From an uncultured delta proteobacterium (lineage in GTDB: Bacteria > Myxococcota > B64-G9), in NCBI GenBank assembly GCA_963754925.1, contig CAVWHX010000003.1:705908-769907 (forward strand): 64,000 nt of DNA, written 5' to 3'. Within the stretch, counting starts at the first letter, position 1; every line of letters begins with the position of its first letter. A program made the position numbers and the translations under genes. A model generated the notes under the pieces. It made no database searches and was not told the origin of the DNA. It saw nothing but the letters and a program-made list of their open reading frames with translations. Positions 61,192 through 64,000 of the stretch are shown here, one piece after another.

Positions 61192-61479
61192 ATGATTGAC
61201 AAAATTAATCCTAGTTTCTTAAAAGGTGTACCAATTGTAGGGTGGATTTTGGTATTTATAGGAGTCATCTTCCCACCTGAGAATGTGTTCATACGTATAG
61301 GATGGTTCATAATTCTCTTTGCCTGCGCCGGTCTTCATACAATTCAGCTTCTATTTTCAGTTCCACTCGGAAGAAGGATGGGTTTAGGATATCCAGAGAT
61401 TATTTTCAAAACATTGTTATTCGGGGCAACATGGTGGATGCCTTTAAAGAATGGCATCTTAGCTAAAGCGAAAAACTAA
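61192..61479 (+). CDS. Small membrane protein
   Basis: TM segments; H..QL and TLLFG..W motifs; coupled to the methyltransferase. Confidence 0.6.
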   Translation: MIDKINPSFLKGVPIVGWILVFIGVIFPPENVFIRIGWFIILFACAGLHTIQLLFSVPLGRRMGLGYPEIIFKTLLFGATWWMPLKNGILAKAKN

Positions 61480-61609
61480 TCTTTCTTGTTAAGGCAGTTT
61501 CAGGCAAATAAACTAATTAAAAAATATTCCTAACGTATGAGACGCTCACATTTTTACTAAAGGTTGCGAATAGGACATGTTTGATAAGAGAATTTAGAAT
61601 GAAATTGGG

Positions 61610-62722
61610 TTATTGACCATACATTTCAAGACCAAACGCACCAAGCCCCAAACCAGAAGCGTAGGCAGTACACAATACTCGTTGATTCTTCCATTGCTTC
61701 AGCTTATTCATTCCCATAGATAAGGTAAAAGGTATTGATACCGATGCCATGTTTCCATAACCCTGAAATGTCATAATGTTCTTCTCAAAAGGTATTCCAA
61801 ATAATTCGGAATGCTTTTTGATTGCATTCACAGATACTTGATGGGGAACACAGAAATCAAGACTGTCTTTGCTCCATTTAAGATGATCGAGAACGGCCTC
61901 ATCCACCGCAGCAAATTTGGTCGAACCCGCTTCCCAAAGCGGTTTAGTCTGTGTTCTCATTATTCCTTCAGCATAACTTTTAATAATGCACAAATCGCTA
62001 TATTGCCCAAAACTTTCACGAAGACCGGCCTTAAGATTGATTCCTCTACGACCACTTGACCGTGGGCCTACAATCGCAGCAGCGGCACCATCTCCCATAG
62101 TAAATGAGGAAAATTGATCATACACATCGCCACCAGAATTAACAATTTTAACTGCGTTTTCGGACAAGACAGACATTTTATCAGCAGCTACTAGCAGCGC
62201 CTTTCTAATTCTTCTACTTGCTATCATGGAATCTGCAATACACCAGGCATCGATGAAACCCATACAGGCATTACTAACATCGAATGCCATTTGGCCACTT
62301 AAACCAAGTCTACCCTGAATCGCTACAGCAGTTGCAGGTTCTTCATACTCTCTAGAAACACCAAAATATATTATAAGATCTATTTCATTCAAAGGAATCG
62401 GTTCGCCATCCCATGTTCTCTTTCTTATTAATTCATCCACTGCTTTCATTGCAAAATCAATGATGCGGGTATCTTTGTCGCAAATTCTTTTTTCCTTTAG
62501 TCCTGTTCTCTTATTCAACGCAAGCATCGAGCCAGGAAAAAGGGTTACTTGACTTTCAAGTTCTTCGACGGTCTGCACCTTCTCCGGCGCCCAATGCGCC
62601 AGTGCGATCAGCGCCGACGCGCCATCGAACACTCGATGCAAATCGCTCTGCGGTGCACTGACTCTGTGCAGAAAAAAGTTAGCATCCCCCTCCAAACGAG
62701 TCCGATCCATTCTTGATTCCAT
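61610..62722 (-). CDS. OleA-like thiolase-fold / KAS III condensing enzyme
   Basis: VSREYEEPATA, FDVSNAC, HQVS and YGNMASVSIP motifs. The EPxTA and FDVxNAC patterns match OleA. Confidence 0.75.
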   Translation of the reverse strand: MESRMDRTRLEGDANFFLHRVSAPQSDLHRVFDGASALIALAHWAPEKVQTVEELESQVTLFPGSMLALNKRTGLKEKRICDKDTRIIDFAMKAVDELIRKRTWDGEPIPLNEIDLIIYFGVSREYEEPATAVAIQGRLGLSGQMAFDVSNACMGFIDAWCIADSMIASRRIRKALLVAADKMSVLSENAVKIVNSGGDVYDQFSSFTMGDGAAAAIVGPRSSGRRGINLKAGLRESFGQYSDLCIIKSYAEGIMRTQTKPLWEAGSTKFAAVDEAVLDHLKWSKDSLDFCVPHQVSVNAIKKHSELFGIPFEKNIMTFQGYGNMASVSIPFTLSMGMNKLKQWKNQRVLCTAYASGLGLGAFGLEMYGQ

Positions 62723-63229
62723 GGTACCCTCCCGAAGTGATCCCCACAATTATTATAAGTACCACCATAAAAACCAAAACCAGGACTATGGCTTTTTAAT
62801 AATTATGTCAAGTATTACTATAATACTGAAATACGAACTACCTTGACGTTGAATTGATGGCATCTTTTACTATGATTGTTAGCACTTCAGATATATAATT
62901 TAGACCATATTCTAAGGAGTTAGCAGGCTAGATAGTCTTCTAAAAATAACATTGATAGTTGATACTATTGTCAATTTCTGCCAGATCATTTATTGTCTTG
63001 GAAGCCTCTCAGCTACCTAGAACCTTATCTGGTTAAGCGCAGGGCAGCTTGGGGGCAGTCTTCAGATCTTACCCACGAATGAACTGGTAGGGCTCAAGGT
63101 TGTCTCGATCGTCCTGCGGAACTCATTGGAATCACCCCTGCTCAAGCTAATATTGTTTAAATCTTGATCTCGCCATTAAAATTTGTACTGATATTAACTA
63201 TAACGCTTTTTTCGGAGTTGAAGCCCGGG

Positions 63230-64000
63230 TGACCTGCCCCCCAAAAACTGGACCATTTTCAATGAGAGTTCCTTCGGCTAGAATGCCGGAAAGGAGCTTG
63301 CTCAATGAAAGGGAAACGGTTTTCTGAGGATAAGATTATCGGGATATTGAAAGAAGCCGAAGCGGGGGTGAAGCTGTCTGATCTCTGTCGCACACATGGC
63401 TTCTGCGAACAAACGTACTACCGTTGGAAATCCAAGTACGGCGGGATGGACGTCAGCGAGGCGCGGCGGCTGAAGCAGCTTGAGGAAGAAAACCGAAGGC
63501 TGAAGCGTGCCGTGGCCGATCTCACTCTCGACAACCAGATCTCTGAGGGATATCAACTCAAGAAAATGGTGAAGCCCGCAGCGCGAAAGCAGGCCGTTGT
63601 GCATGCCCGCGAGGAATTTGGGGTGAGCGAACGACGCGCCTGCGGGCTGATGAAGGATCGGGCGATCAAGTTTCGGTACCGTTCGGTAGGCCAACTGTAT
63701 CCGCAGTTGCGGGAGCGTCTTTTAGAGCTTGCGGCGCAGCGGGTACGCTTCGGATATCGACGGTTGCAGGTGTTATTGCGGCGGGAAGGGTATGTGGTGA
63801 ATCACAAGCGGGTGTATCGGCTGTATCGGCAAGAGGGATTGAGCGTGAGGAAGAAGCAGCGCAAGAGATACCGGGAAAACATTCTCCGCGCGGCAGCCGC
63901 TGCGTCTTCCGGAAGGACTCAACGAGCGATGGTCGATGGATTTTCTATCTGATTGTCTCTCAGATGGGCGACGGTTGAAGGTGTTGAGGCGCGCTGGATG
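63230..64000 (+). mobile_element. IS3-family element (left end; orfA and partial orfB), truncated by the window
   Basis: Left IR TGACCTGCCCCCCAAAAACTGGACCA; OrfA MKGKRFSEDKII...YYRWKSKYGG; OrfB FGYRRL, NHKRVYRLY and WSMDF motifs. Confidence 0.92.

Noticed and set aside
63530..63580. Naturally fused IS3 OrfAB without a programmed frameshift
   Set aside because: Removing one T near 63541 restores the usual OrfA ending (ILRDINSRKW*), so this is probably an indel error.
1..64000. CRISPR array or cas genes
   Set aside because: No regularly spaced 25-45 bp repeats and no cas-like ORFs were seen.

Overview
A 64 kb gene-dense bacterial window. Much of the content resembles deltaproteobacterial/Myxococcota-type genomes: two Ser/Thr kinases, a Ycf46-type AAA ATPase, a GspE/PilB ATPase, a HEAT + HD-GYP pair and a Cys-rich Ig-like lipoprotein. 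Visibly AT-richer accessory blocks are interspersed. In order, the window carries: a Maf/DUF115 gene pair; a minimal SufC/SufB-like (SMS-type) Fe-S scaffold pair with a ZIP transporter and an MgtA-type P-ATPase; an IS481-family element with long target duplications just upstream of a his operon; GH57 + GT4; uup; panE; hflX; a Zn/Mn uptake operon headed by a DUF2946-like CxxC/RAPP leader gene; two integron-type cassettes with attC sites but no integrase; a translationally coupled mlaE-mlaF-mlaD-pqiC-small protein-Omp85-lipase-like operon; tRNA-Pro(TGG) and tRNA-Arg(TCT); a LysM + metallophosphoesterase protein with a downstream membrane gene; an OleA-like gene; and the start of an IS3 element. 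The his operon has a His-rich leader attenuator, an apparent HisD-HisC fusion and a terminal HAD phosphatase. About nine genes carry single-base frameshifts or an in-frame stop, most likely long-read consensus errors, so pseudogene and fusion calls need read-level checks. All family assignments come from motifs recognised by eye; no database search was run.
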